Assembly (NCBI RefSeq): GCF_036321535.1
Contig: NC_087437.1
Location: 71,922,001-71,986,000 of the forward strand
Direction of reading: 5' to 3'
From: Camelus dromedarius
Lineage: Eukaryota
Length of the DNA: 64,000 nt
Each line of letters begins with the position of its first letter. Position 1 is the first letter of the stretch. The notes below the pieces were generated by a model. That model saw only the letters and a program-made list of their open reading frames with translations, had not been told where the DNA came from and searched no databases. A program made the translations under genes and the position numbers. Shown piece by piece: positions 24,056 to 35,716 of this stretch.

Positions 24056-25275
24056 AAAGTTTAACATAAGTGCTTATATAGGATCAAGTAAAAATTTTTT
24101 TTGCTTATTTTTCCTTTGAGTTATATTTTATCCCTTCCAGTGGTAAAGTTTATAACTAGTATGGTAATGTTTTTGTTTTCCCCCCTTGGAAGGCATATTT
24201 AGGTAAGATGTGTGCTACGTATGTTTACATAGAGAAATTCTGAGCTTCGGTTCACTCATTGCCTGTCTTTCAACGCTGGCCATTCCTGCCAGAGTTTAAG
24301 AACTACCCACATTCCTAATACTTAGTGTCAGACTAGGTGTCCATATTTTTGGATTGAAAGTATTGCCATTGTTCATAGTCTTCAAATTATATATCTGGCA
24401 AATAAGCATATGAAAAGCGTATTCTTCTCCATGGCAACTGGGCTGGAGAGGGAAGAAGCAGAAGCATGAAGGGAAGGAGTGAAGGAAGGAAAGGATATAT
24501 AGGCCACCTTAGATCCCTGTGCCATCTCTCAGAGGCCAGCATCCAGGGCATCTCTGGGGTGCAGCACCAAGCCACCCTTAACTAGAGAGCCCACGCAGTC
24601 TACTGCATCTGCCCTCTAGCTCTGCTTCATAAATTGCAGCAAACATTGGTAATCAAAGTAAAAATCAAAACCCAAAACCCATTGGTTGACAGTTAAGAGC
24701 ATGGACAGTTAAACTACAAATTAATGCTCAAGATGAGAACAATCTAGATCTTGTCTCAGGTAGGACCCTTAGGGACCTTCATTTTCTTAATAGCCTTTTA
24801 CAGTTTTGCAAAAGAGTTACCCTCACTGGAGGAAGCAGAAGCTTCTTCATTTTCACAAATGGCCAGGCAAGTCGCAGTTAGGTATGTCTGGATCAGGTAA
24901 CAGGGAATCTAGGCTTATTCTTCTTTTGCTGGAGAGACTCTTACTGGTTTCAGTTCTTTGATTCACAGTAAGTCTCATGATCCTGAAAAGAAAAGAGGTG
25001 TTATGTGTAGTTGGATGGCTTTTAGCTAGCTTACTTGAGATTTTTGTGGGATGCTAGTAGTAGGATAGGTGTCAGCTACGCTGAGTTCTGCTTAGGCTGC
25101 AGGGATTTAGGACATTTTAGGGGTAACCTATAGACCCTTTTAACACTTGCAATATCTGGTCCATAAGTCTTCAGCAATTTGCCATGAATTTGTACCTATT
25201 AAGGCATAAGAAAAAATTTTAAATTAATATAAAGGGTTGCTGATAATGAGAATCAACTGATATTTACAAAGAAAT

Positions 25276-25684
25276 TGTATTAATTTGCAAAGTACCACAA
25301 ACTTGAGTGGCTCAAGCAGCAGAAATTTATTGTCTCATAATTCTGGAGGCTAGAGCTCTGAGATAAGTGTTGGCAGGGCCATGCTCCTTCTCAAGGCTCT
25401 AGGGAAGCATCTATTCCAGGCCTTCCTCTAAGTTTTTGGTAGTTCCTTGGCTTGTGGCAGGATAACTCCAAACTTCATGTGGCATCCCCGTGTATCTGTG
25501 TCCAGATTTTCCCATTTCATAATGACACCACTCATATTGGATTAGGGGCCCATATTCCAGTATGATCTCATCTTAACTAATTATATTTGCAGTGACCCAG
25601 TTTCCAAATAAGATCACATTCTGAGGTACTGGGGGTTAAGACCTCAACATACACACTTTGGGGAACATGATTCAACATGTAACA
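25276..25684 (-). mobile_element. MaLR solo LTR (MLT1B/C-like)
   Basis: TG...CA ends, TSD gaaat/gaagt, and typical aaatttattgtctcataattctggaggctag and cacattctgaggtactgggggttaagac motifs. Confidence 0.88.
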
Positions 25685-26399
25685 GAAGTCAAAGATGAGG
25701 AAAAGACATTCAAATTGGATCACAAAGCAATTCAACTTTAGGCTATACAGAAACCTACCTAAAAAAAGGAATCAGAACAGCTGAGAATAAAAGGGTGGGC
25801 AAAGTAACTGGCAAATGCAATGGGCCATAATCATAGTATCAAGAAAAGAAAAGCTTAAGGAAGTCAAGGAATGATACTTTGTAGTGTTTTAACAGTATGA
25901 TTTTCAAAAAGTTAGAATACCAACTAGCAGAGAATCAACAATTATAAAGCAAAAACCATGGAAGGTAGGGTAAAAAAAATACATCAGTAGCAGGAAATTT
26001 TAGTTCTGTCCCCTCAGTCCATGACAGATCAAGTGGAAACAAGAAAATATGGTATGGAAGACCTAAATAACATAATTAATGAGGTAGATCTGATTGATAT
26101 CTATCAACACTATACTAGATAGCATGCTGTTTCTGTATGAGTTATGTGGCATTCACAATTGACCATATTTTAAGCCAAAGAAAAACTTCAATAAATTCTA
26201 AAATGTAAAAATTATGCAGAAAACATTATCTGTTCATGATTCTATAAAACTAGAACTTAATAATAAATCAAGATATCAAACAAACAAAATACTCTAAAAT
26301 CTGAAAAATAAAGAGAAAACAAATCTCTTTTTGAAACAACTTTTGGGTCAAAGAGGAAATCAATATCAAAATTACAGGATATTCAGAATATAATTAAAA

Positions 26400-26745
26400 A
26401 ATGAATCTACAATAAAACATATTTTAAGAATAGATATGGGATAGATAGATGTTATAAAACTATATATATAGTTTATATAAAAGAAAAGCAAAGGAATGAA
26501 AAACAAAGAATTCAGAATGATACTTATCACTGATTGAGTCAGGGGGAGGAGGAGGCAGAAGAAGGGGGATGGGAAGAACCATATAGGTAAGTACAGGCTA
26601 TTGTCAAGACTATGTTGGATGGTGGGTCATTAAAAAAGCTAACAGGCTGACAAATAAGTAAACAAAAGAGGGCTATGCATTGACCAATGAGAGTGTGCCA
26701 TGAATCAAGACAATAACTAATTCAATTCGGTGCCAAAAATAAATT
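26400..26745 (+). mobile_element. Separate L1/HAL1-like 3' fragment inserted in the host L1
   Basis: A 3'-UTR-like sequence (gggctatgcattgaccaatgagagtgtgccatgaatcaagac) interrupts ORF2, which resumes at actacataccagaacctatgg. Confidence 0.5.
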
Positions 26746-27450
26746 TAGAAATAACTACATACCAGAACCTATGGTGTGCAATTAAAGCACTGTTCAGAGA
26801 AAAATTCATAATCTCACATATGTAGAATAATAAACCAAAAGGCTAAAAATGAACGAAGTAACATCCAACTCAAGGAGTTAATAAAAATAACTGAATATAA
26901 CAGGGATAAAAAATAAACCTATGGAAGTTGGAAAGTAGAAATTAATCAAAATAAAAGCAGAAATTACTTAACTAAAAACAAACAAAAAAAAAGAGTAGAG
27001 TACATTACATCTAAGAGCTGTTCCTTGAAGGAAAAAATAATGTACTTAATCAAGAAAACACAAATACATAAAATAAGAAAATAAAAATTATAAAAGGGGG
27101 ACAATAACTGCAAATACAAGGGAAGTTAGAAGAAGCACAGAGACTACCTTTCTCAAAATTTTTCAAATAAATCTGAAATCCTAGTAAATACATAATTTTC
27201 TAAAAATAAAAGTTACCTAAAATGTCTCTAGAAGACAATATGATTGCTATACAAACAAATTCCCATTTAAAAAGATAGAGTTTTTAAAGAAGTAACATCT
27301 TACAAACAACCAGACAATAAGAAAGCACCAGGACCAGCAATTCCTAGGAAATTCTACTACATCATTAAAGAATGGATCATTTCCCAGTGCTCTTAAATTT
27401 TTTTCTGGGAACTAAAAAAAGAAGAAAATCTCTAAGATAACATTGATACC

Positions 27451-27810
27451 TGTAAAAAAAAAAAAAACAAACTAACAAACAGAAACCTCAATTAAATAGA
27501 GTTGGGAGACCAGAAGAGGGAGCTCTCATGCTCTGTGACTACCGCAGAGACTAACAGGAAGAAGAAAAACTCTTCTTACTTCCTGGCAAGGTCTTAGCCA
27601 ATGAAAAGCTACAGACTCTTGGTTTAGTACAGCTTCCTTTTCCTCTATATAAGCGCATTCTCCTTCCCTTGCTATGCAGGGACTGGCATGTGGCTTGCCA
27701 TGGTTGCAGACATGGAGTTGCAATTCTCTGCTGATTCTGAATAAACCTATTTTTTTTTTTTTTTTTTTTGCTGGAGAAATAACTGGCAGTCTGTTTGTTT
27801 TAGGTCAACA
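27451..27810 (+). repeat. 5' LTR of the provirus
   Basis: TGT...AACA, CCAAT (27598-27602), TATATAA (27646-27652), AATAAA (27740-27745). Confidence 0.9.
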
Positions 27811-27813
27811 ATT

Positions 27814-27831
27814 TGGTGGCCTGTACAAAGT
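27814..27831 (+). promoter_or_regulatory. Primer-binding site, tRNA-Ile(AAU) type
   Basis: TGGTGGCCTGTAC matches 12 of the first 13 nt of the reverse complement of the tRNA-Ile 3' end (TGGTGGCCCGTACGGGGA). The mismatch is a CpG transition; the 3' part is degraded (13/18 overall). Confidence 0.7.
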
Positions 27832-28319
27832 AGTAGACTCCTGACGGCTTGGGAGCTGGTGAGTGAACAGGTATGGTACTCACAATTGAGCCCATTGAGT
27901 TCACTGCTTTTCTTGCCAATTCTGGAGTTTAAAGGTATGCCTTTCTTCTGGATCCAAGCTTATGCCCTCTTTACATTTGAAGCTTTGTAGGCTTTACTTG
28001 GGATCTATTTTAAAGTTTTGTCCTTTCTGTTTAAGGCCTTGTTCTGTATGCAAGTACTCTTTTGACACTTTGGTCTGATTTTGAGACCTAACTGTTTCAA
28101 CAGAAAATAGCTGAGAAGCCAGTGGCCCATTCCTTTGGAAAAGGGGCTGTTCTATGGGAACTGGCTGAGAAGTCTTCAGCCTGGTCCCTTCAGGACCAAG
28201 CTGTTTCCTTAGTAGTGGCAGGTGTTAGGCCTGCAGGCTGTGTGAGCTGCAAGCAGTTTGAATTGAGCTGTAAGCTGTTTAAATACTGTTCTTTCACCTT
28301 AGAGAAAAACCTCTGAAAA

Positions 28320-29700
28320 ATGGGGTCTCAATTATGTAAATATTTTGAGGGTGCCCCTCACCCAGGGATTCCAGCTGATTTAATGTTTAAAAACTCTGGT
28401 CCTTCCTCATGCACATTTCTAACTGACCAAAGGCAATTATATCAATGGCCATTACGGGGAACTTTTGAAATCCCCAAACTTAATTTTCTTAAAGCTGAAC
28501 TGGACCACTACAGCTCTAAAATTTCCAGAACTGAATGAAATGCTTATTTTGATTGGTATTTTGAAGCTTCCAAATATTATCAGGATCCTAAAATTGCCTC
28601 TCTACAAACTGAGACTTTGAGTCAAACAAACGGTTAAAGAAAGATAAAATGGCTTCTGAGGCTTCATGCTCCCTTCCTTGGCTCTTTGTCTCATGGTCCA
28701 CCTCTGGTGCCACCTTCCTCCTCCCTTCCAGTGCTACCTGCACCTCCTCTGTACTCTCAGGCTCCCCATACCAATTCTCTTGCCCACTTTCCCTTTCTAT
28801 CTGAAACTCTCCCCATTCCCTTATCCTCTGAACTTACCAGAGCTTCGTCCCTCTAAAATTTAGCCTTCTGAGGATCTAGAGGCTAAACCCTTAACTTCTT
28901 ATGTTTGCTAGACTAAAGCTGAACTGAAAGCCATAGTCAAAAAGATTCTCCCCAGATAACTGAAGATGCTCACAGACTTGCTGAGCAATTTAAATACAGT
29001 GATTCAAACTTACCAACCTGGCTTCTCTGATTTACAGCAGCTAGTTCATATGCTTGTCAGTGAAGGCCAGGCCCAGCACTGGATGAAAACTGCTAACTGG
29101 GAAAATCCTGAAAGGTTTCTAGAATGATAACCAGGAGGCCAGCTCACTAACTTATTATATATCAGGCTTTGGCGATTGCTAGGTGCCAGCGTCAAGCATT
29201 TCCTAGGGCTTTTTCAAAGCCTGTTGATTGGAACAAAATTCAGCCTTGCACACAAAAATTTGATGAACCTGTTCATGACTATTATAGTTGACTTCAGATT
29301 ATTTTTAAGGAAAATTCTGGTCTTCCTTCAGATGTTGATTCTACCCAGGTAGCTTTTAACTCTATGTTCATTAATGGGCTGAACTGAGACCTTTCCTTTC
29401 TAGTATAAAGCACTAGGATGGAATGGGAAACTAAATCTACTCCAGATTTCCCTTTAGTTAATCTGGCAAACAGCTCTCTCACGCTCTAGATGAGTCACCT
29501 AAAAGGAAGACTGCAAAAATTCTTAATCTTCAACTACAGCAAATGGAAACTCCTAAATGAAACCAAAAGCCTTCTAGTTTCTGCTATTATTGCAAAGAGC
29601 CAGGACACTGGAAAAGAGATTGTTCCAAACTTAAGTGTTTCAGTCACCTTCAGCCTTCTAATCAGCCTTTCCAGTGTCCTTCCAGTTATCAAAGACAGGG
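28320..29700 (+). pseudogene. gag: ERV gag (disrupted)
   Basis: MGSQ start with Gly2, QWPLRGTF, proline-rich segment, MHR QPCTQKFDEPVHDYYS*LQ (about 29241-29300) and CCHC knuckle CYYCKEPGHWKRDC (29582-29623). Stops and frameshifts throughout. Confidence 0.88.
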
Positions 29701-29719
29701 CTCCAAGGAACCACAGGGG

Positions 29720-30090
29720 CTCTTCCCAATCCTCCCTCTTAATTGGCTTGGAGAAACAGAAATGCTTCCAGATTGGGGATGAATCTCTTCCAGTCATGAC
29801 TGACACTGGAACCACACTCTTGGTGCTCAACCCACTACTAATAAAGCAGCCCCTGCCTCAAAGTACTAAAGCAGTTCAGAGAGTGGGGATCTCTAATGAA
29901 CCCCAAGAGGTTCCTGTTTCTGAACCTATCCTCTTGTTCAGGCTCTCTGAGAGCTACATATCCTTTTCTCCTTCATTTCTCTGTTGCTAACCATGTATTA
30001 GGCTGAGACTTCTTAGAGAAGTGTCATGCTGGAATTTCTTTCTCCACAAAGGGAGAAATCATTCTAGAATTTGACACTAGTCATTAAAGT
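29720..30090 (+). pseudogene. pro: ERV aspartic protease (disrupted)
   Basis: DTG at 29802-29810 (VMTDTGTTLLVL) and VLG*DFLEK near 30000. Confidence 0.85.
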
Positions 30091-30199
30091 AACCAATTCA
30101 GTAAAGAACTAAATGACTCTTTGACATCTTTTATTTGTTCTGTCTCTTGATACTAGAGCTGACTCTAGAATACTGATCATGATCATTTGTTCCTTTTGA

Positions 30200-32880
30200 A
30201 TCAGTTATCCCCAACTGATATTACAGGCAAAATCTCCAACTGATACTGGCAAAATTCATAGTGCACCTCCTGTCATGATTCAAACAGATTTCTCATAACT
30301 TCTTCTCAGAATTAATCAATATGCTGTAAGTAAAGAAGCAACTCAAGGCAGAAAGCGCATAATAGAACGTTACAAAGCTCAAGGCCTCATTATCCCTTAT
30401 ACTCGTTCCTCTAATACTGTTATTTTACTGGTGAGAAAAACCTAAGGGCTGAGGGTGTAGGTTGTCCAGGACATCCAGGCAATAAACAACTTTGTTATCC
30501 ATCCACATCTGTAGTTTTTAAGCCTTACACTCTACTACCGTCCATTCCCACTGGAAGCAAGTCCTTTACTGAAATTGATTTATGCAGTGCATTCTTTGGT
30601 ATTCCAGTTGATGAAGCTGGCCGATACCTTTTCGCCCTTACTTGGGGAGAAAAACAATTCCCCTGGACAGCAACTCGTCACTGTTGTATTGAGAGTCCTC
30701 CCTGTTTCTTACAAACCCTGAAGGCTGAACTAGATGATAAAAAGTCCCCTAGATATTCTACTTTGTTGCAGTATTCCTTCTCAAGTCTCCTCACAGGAAG
30801 GCAGCATCCACTTACTAAAGCTTTTAGTCCTAGAAGGACATAAGGTTACCAAAGAAAAACTGCAGTTTTCCAAAATCCAGGTTTGATATTTAGGGAATCT
30901 GATATCAAAACAAGGGCTACACCGAGATCCAGATAGGCTTCGTGGTGTCCTAAGTTACTCCAAACCCCAAACTAAGTACCAACTGTAAAGTTTTCTTGGG
31001 CTAGCTGGTTATTGCCAAAACTGGATTCCAAATTTCTCTCTTGTGGCCAAACCTCTGTATGTTTTACTACACAATAACAACTGCAACCCAATTTTATAGG
31101 AAGAACCAGACAACATAGCTTTTAAGGCCTTAATGGAGAGTTCGATGAACCCATCTCCCCCTGGGCATCCCAATTATTAGGTTCCCTTTTCCTTCTTTGC
31201 ATATGAAAAAGAAGGGAATGCGCTTGAGGCACCCACCCCCAAATACAGAAACCACCATTGACCCACAGGATTTTAGAGCCAGCAACTGGACCCTGTAGCA
31301 TGGGAATACACCCTTAGAACCATTATGGCCACTGCCTTTTTGGTTAAAGCCACTGAGAAAATCGTTATGGGAGCCTCTTTAACCATTTTTCTGTCTCATA
31401 CAGTGGAACTTCCCCAAAATTCTCATCAACCTCAACATTTTTCAGTCAGCTGCCTCACCTCCTATTAAGACCTTTTGTTAACTGCTCCTCACATAACTCT
31501 TTTATGTTGTAATAACCTTACTCTGCTTCTCTTCTCCCTCTGTCACCAATGAAGCCCCTTAAGACTCCTTAATGCTCACAGACCACCTCCTGACTCCTCA
31601 TGATGATCTACAGGAAATGCCCTTGGGTAACGCTGACCATGCTTCCCTGATGGTTCTTATTTAAAAGGTGACAATGGCAGATACTGTGCTTGCAAAAACT
31701 GACTGGAGAAGCCCAATAATTGGCCTCAGAAAAGGAAAATCAAGCAATTGATGGTTTGATAAAAAGAGAAAATTCAGCAATTGATGGTTTGATAAAAAGA
31801 GAAAAAGTTCTGGTTCAGACAAAAGAACAACCCAGTCTTACTGGAGATTCTAAAATTCTTACTCCACTCCTCACTACTGTACATACATTAAGCCACTGGC
31901 CTACTGACAAAATGATAGCCTTCATGAGTACATATTGGTGGGTAAACATTAACAAGGCTGCAAAAGGTGCCTACCTCATTTGTCCCACTTGTGCAAAGTA
32001 TAACCCAGGGAAGTCTGCTCAGGCTGCTCCTGGGCATTTAAAACTGCCTAATGAACCATTTGAGTTCATTTGTATGTCAAATGGGCTTCAAAAAACTTCC
32101 TTCATCTCATGGATGTAAATACATTTTGGTCATGGTCAGTAAGTTTCCACACTGTTCTGAAGTTGTCCCTTGCAGACAGGCCGCTGCTTTTTCTGTGGCT
32201 AAAGTCTTTTCGAAAAAGATTATTCCTACCTAGGGGAACTCCTCTTGAACTTTATAATGCTCAGAGAATGCATTTTACTGATCAGGTAATTTGACAAGTC
32301 TATGCTGTTTGGCCAGTTTTACAACACTTTCACTGCACCTACCATCTTTAGTCCTGTGGTTCAGTCAAACTCACTAATGGCATTATTAAGACTCAGTTGG
32401 CAAAATTTGTGGAGGTGCTCCAAATGCCTTGGTAAAGCTTCTGAATCTCACACCCACCCCTTTTGGAACAAACTCTTATCCTCTGAGATAGTCACAGGAC
32501 GCCTGATGCTCTTGGCTCCTGCCTCTTTTGACCCACAACTGTTAAAAGGAAAGACATTCCAATATTTCAAAGGCCTAATTACTCCTATTAAAAATAACCA
32601 TGCTTTGGTAGGGCAATGTTTTCACAGTGTACTATCAGGAAACCTTAAGCATCACACCTTGCAACCTGGAGTTTGTCTATTGGAAAAGCAGCTCCAGAAG
32701 AACTCTCTTCAACCTCACTGGAAAGGCTCTTGTCAAATACTGCTAACCAACCACTGTGCTGACAAATTCTAAGGAACAGACTCTTGGATTCAAGAGACAC
32801 ATCTAAAGAAAGCACTGAACTATGACTGGACCGGCATGTCATCTGGTGACCTGAAAGTAAAGATTTCCCAGAAATGAAGC
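30200..32880 (+). pseudogene. pol: ERV pol: RT, partial RNase H, integrase (disrupted)
   Basis: IDLCSAFFGIPV (30574-30609), FLGLAGYCQNWIPNFS (about 30992-31040), DGSYLKG (31649), integrase HTLSH...CPTC, KYILVMV, LQPHWKGSCQILLT and SWI. Confidence 0.9.
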
Positions 32881-33230
32881 GGACAACATCTGATGAAAGG
32901 TTTTCCCAAGATATCTAGCCCAGGCCTGCTGGAAGTTTGTTACCAAACCTTTAATGATGACATATCTCTTCAGATGATCTCTAGTGTCTTTGATCTTGAT
33001 AACATACGGACTTCAGATAAAAAGTGCCCGTGAGTTCTCCCTTCTACTCCTACTTGTTACTTAAATGTTACCTCAATAGGTTTCCAGTCTGTGTACTTTC
33101 TCTCTGATGTGAGACAGTACATTCTGAAAAGGTCCTTCCTGGCACTGGGGGACAAAAACCTACTGAAACTAGAAAACCTGACTCTTGATCAGCAATACTT
33201 CTAGAGAAAAATGTTAATCAAAGGGGAAAT

Positions 33231-33564
33231 TTTAAAAATTAATAAACAAAAAACCTTAATTAAATAGAAACCAGAAGGGGGAATTCTCATACTCTGTGAC
33301 AGTAGTGGAGCCCAACAGAGAGAAGAAATACTCTTCTTTTCTGGCAAGGACTCAGACAATGAACAGCCATGGACTCTGTTTACTATAGTCCTCCCAACTT
33401 CATTTTCCCCTCTGTGAAATCATTTTCCTTCCCTTGCTGTGTGCGGACTTGTATGTGGTTCAGCATGGTTACAGACCCTGAATTACAATTCTCTGCTGAT
33501 TCTGAATAAACCCATTTCTTTTTCCTGGAGAAATAATTGGCAGTTTCTTTGTTGTAGGTCAATA
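33231..33564 (+). repeat. 3' LTR of the provirus
   Basis: Aligns by eye with 27451-27810 (shared caattctctgctgattctgaataaacc, ctggagaaataa, taggtcaa). Follows the PPT. Confidence 0.9.
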
Positions 33565-33568
33565 TATC

Positions 33569-35615
33569 CAAACCCACAGAAATACAGTATAGGTCAATCT
33601 CATTTATTAATATCAATATGCAAATACTAAAGGAAACATTAGCAAAAAATGCAGTATCAAAGAAAAGAATAATTTACTATAACCAAGAATGATGTCCATG
33701 AGAAATACATACATAGTTCAAGAATAGGAAGATATTAACATTATTTACTCTATCAATAGATCTGAGGAGAAAAAACATATGACTGTTACCATAGATGCTA
33801 AAAAGGCATTTGTTAATTTTCAGCAAAGACCACAAATAAGTGAAGAAAACTCAATGAAATAGAAATAGCTTTCCTTTCTTAATATGACTATTTTTTTTCA
33901 ACCCAAAGCAGCATTAATGAGTAAACACTAGAAATATTCCCTCTCAGTTCTGAAATAAGAGAAAGATGTCCGCAATGATCACTATTACTTAACATTGTTC
34001 TGGTTCTGGCCAATATATTTAACAAAATAAGGAAAATAGAGGTTGCATTAGTCTGCTGGGGCTGCCATAACAATGTACCATGGACTGGGTGGTTTAGATA
34101 ACAAATTTATTTTCTCACAGTTCTGGAGACTAGAAGTCCAAGATCAAGATCCAGTAGGGTCAGTTTCTGGTGAGGCCTCTCTTCCTGGTTTGCAGGGAGT
34201 GCAAGAAGTACTGCTTTCTCACTGTGTCTTCACATGGTGAAGAGAGAGAGAGAGAGCTCTCTGGTGTCTCTTCTGATAAGACACTAATCTTATTGGATCT
34301 GGGCTCTCCCAACCCTCTGAATTATTTCCTTAGAGGCTCCATGTCCAAATATAGCCACAATGGGGGTTGGGGCTTCAACATACAAATTTTTGGAGGACAC
34401 AGTCAGTTCACAACAGAGGCACACAAAATGGAAAGAAGGAGATAAAATTATCATTATTGAGTCATGATATGATTCTATACCCCCAAAACCTAAGTGACTC
34501 TTTTACAAATAATGTGAGAATTCACTGAGGGGGTGAGACACAAACTGGGCACAAAAATCAAGGGTTTCATGTATATAACAGCAACCACTCAGCAGAGACA
34601 GAAGGAAAAAGTCCCACTGAAAACAGCAGTGATATAAATAAAAACATTAAGGGATAACTTAAGAAGAAATGTGTGAATTCTTAATAAAGAAAATATCCAA
34701 TTGCTACTAAAGATGGAAATAAACACTTTATCAAATCTAAGGCATCTGTAAAGAGATGCAACATCACAAAGATATCTATTCTCCCTAAGTCAATCTGTAC
34801 ATTAAATGCGATTCTAATAAAAATTCCTGTATGATTTTTTGGGGGATAAAAGTTGGTCCTAAAGTTTATATAGAAAGAAAAGTAAAAATAGAAGAATTGT
34901 GAAAAACAGAGCAATAAGGAGGGCTGGATGATGAAAAAATGCAGAAAGACAGGCCCTCTCAAATCTCTGGGGCTACAAATTCTAAGAAGGGCAGTTTTGC
35001 AATATTTATTAAACTTACAAATGCACATATCCTTTAGTCCAGCAATTCTATTTCTAGGAATTTATCCTTCAGACATATGCTCATATATGCAAATTGACAT
35101 ATGAATAAGGTTATTCATTGAACAATTGTTTGTAATAACATACAATTGGAAAAATCCTTCCTACCTATCGCAGTGGTCTGGATAAATAAATTATGGACTA
35201 TCTATACAATGTAATAGTCTGAGGCTGTGGAAAAGAAAAAGTTCCTTCTGGATTGATAGGGAATGTTTGCCAAAGATATTCAGCTAAGCAAAAAAAAAAA
35301 AAAAAAAAAAAGAAAGAAAGCAAGGGCTTTTGTATAAAGTATGCTAATAATTTGTATAAAAACAAGGAAAAGTATAAGATGTATAAACACAACTATATAC
35401 ATACATATGTATACACACACATATATAAATATATATGTTTAACTGCTTGTATATACATATAATGTCTCTGGAAATATTTTTCAGAAAATAGGAGGATTAG
35501 GTGTTTCCAAAGAAAACTGTGTGGCTGGGAGAAGGGGTAAGAGAGAACATTTTTACCTTTTTGGATCTCTGGAATTTTGAATCACATGAATGTGCTTATA
35601 CAAAAAAATTAAATA
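33569..35615 (+). mobile_element. Old L1, continuation of the host element (ORF2 RT remnants and 3' UTR)
   Basis: Resumes the ORF2 sequence broken at 27450. ccatagatgctaaaaaggcatttg (SIDAEKAF-like), ccagcaattctatttctaggaatttatcct and an L1ME-type tail. Confidence 0.8.
34044..34415 (-). mobile_element. MaLR solo LTR (MLT1A-like)
   Basis: TG...CA ends, TSD gaggt/gaggc, and tttattttctcacagttctggagactagaagtccaagatcaag. Confidence 0.9.
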
Positions 35616-35627
35616 ATTGAGAAAGTA

Positions 35628-35716
35628 ATTTCTTTCTTTATTGGAGGTACTGGGGATGAACCCAGGATCTTATGCATGGTAAGCATGTGCTCTACCACTG
35701 AGCTATACCCTCCCCC
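35628..35716 (-). mobile_element. tRNA-Ala-derived camelid-type SINE (short, older copy)
   Basis: Minus strand GGGGGAGGGTATAGCTCAGTGGTAGAGCACATGCTTACCATGCATAAGATCCTGGGTTCATCCCCAGTACCTCC followed by an A-rich tail. Confidence 0.88.

Larger units (their letters stand above)
25190..27450 (+). mobile_element. Old L1 (L1M/L1ME) ORF2, 5' part of the host element
   Basis: Degenerate endonuclease and linker motifs (ggctatacagaaacctacctaaaa, gatctgattgatatctat, aattgaccatatttta, aagaaagcaccaggaccag, aacattgatacc). Confidence 0.8.
27451..33564 (+). mobile_element. Defective class I (gamma-like) ERV provirus, LTR-gag-pro-pol-LTR, no env
   Basis: Two related LTRs, a PBS, gag/pro/pol motifs in order, PPT aaaggggaaa (33220-33229) and a near-TSD TACC/TATC. 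Subfamily (MER4/MER41-group-like) is unverified. Confidence 0.92.

Noticed and set aside
20235..24310. DNA-transposon host flanking the L1MC (20235-20328 and 24071-24310)
   Set aside because: The flanks look repeat-like, but I could not identify terminal repeats or a family with confidence.
29490..32772. Domesticated retroviral ORF (166, 132 or 156 aa)
   Set aside because: These are short frame-shifted pieces of gag/pro/pol. No domain is complete and there is no env.
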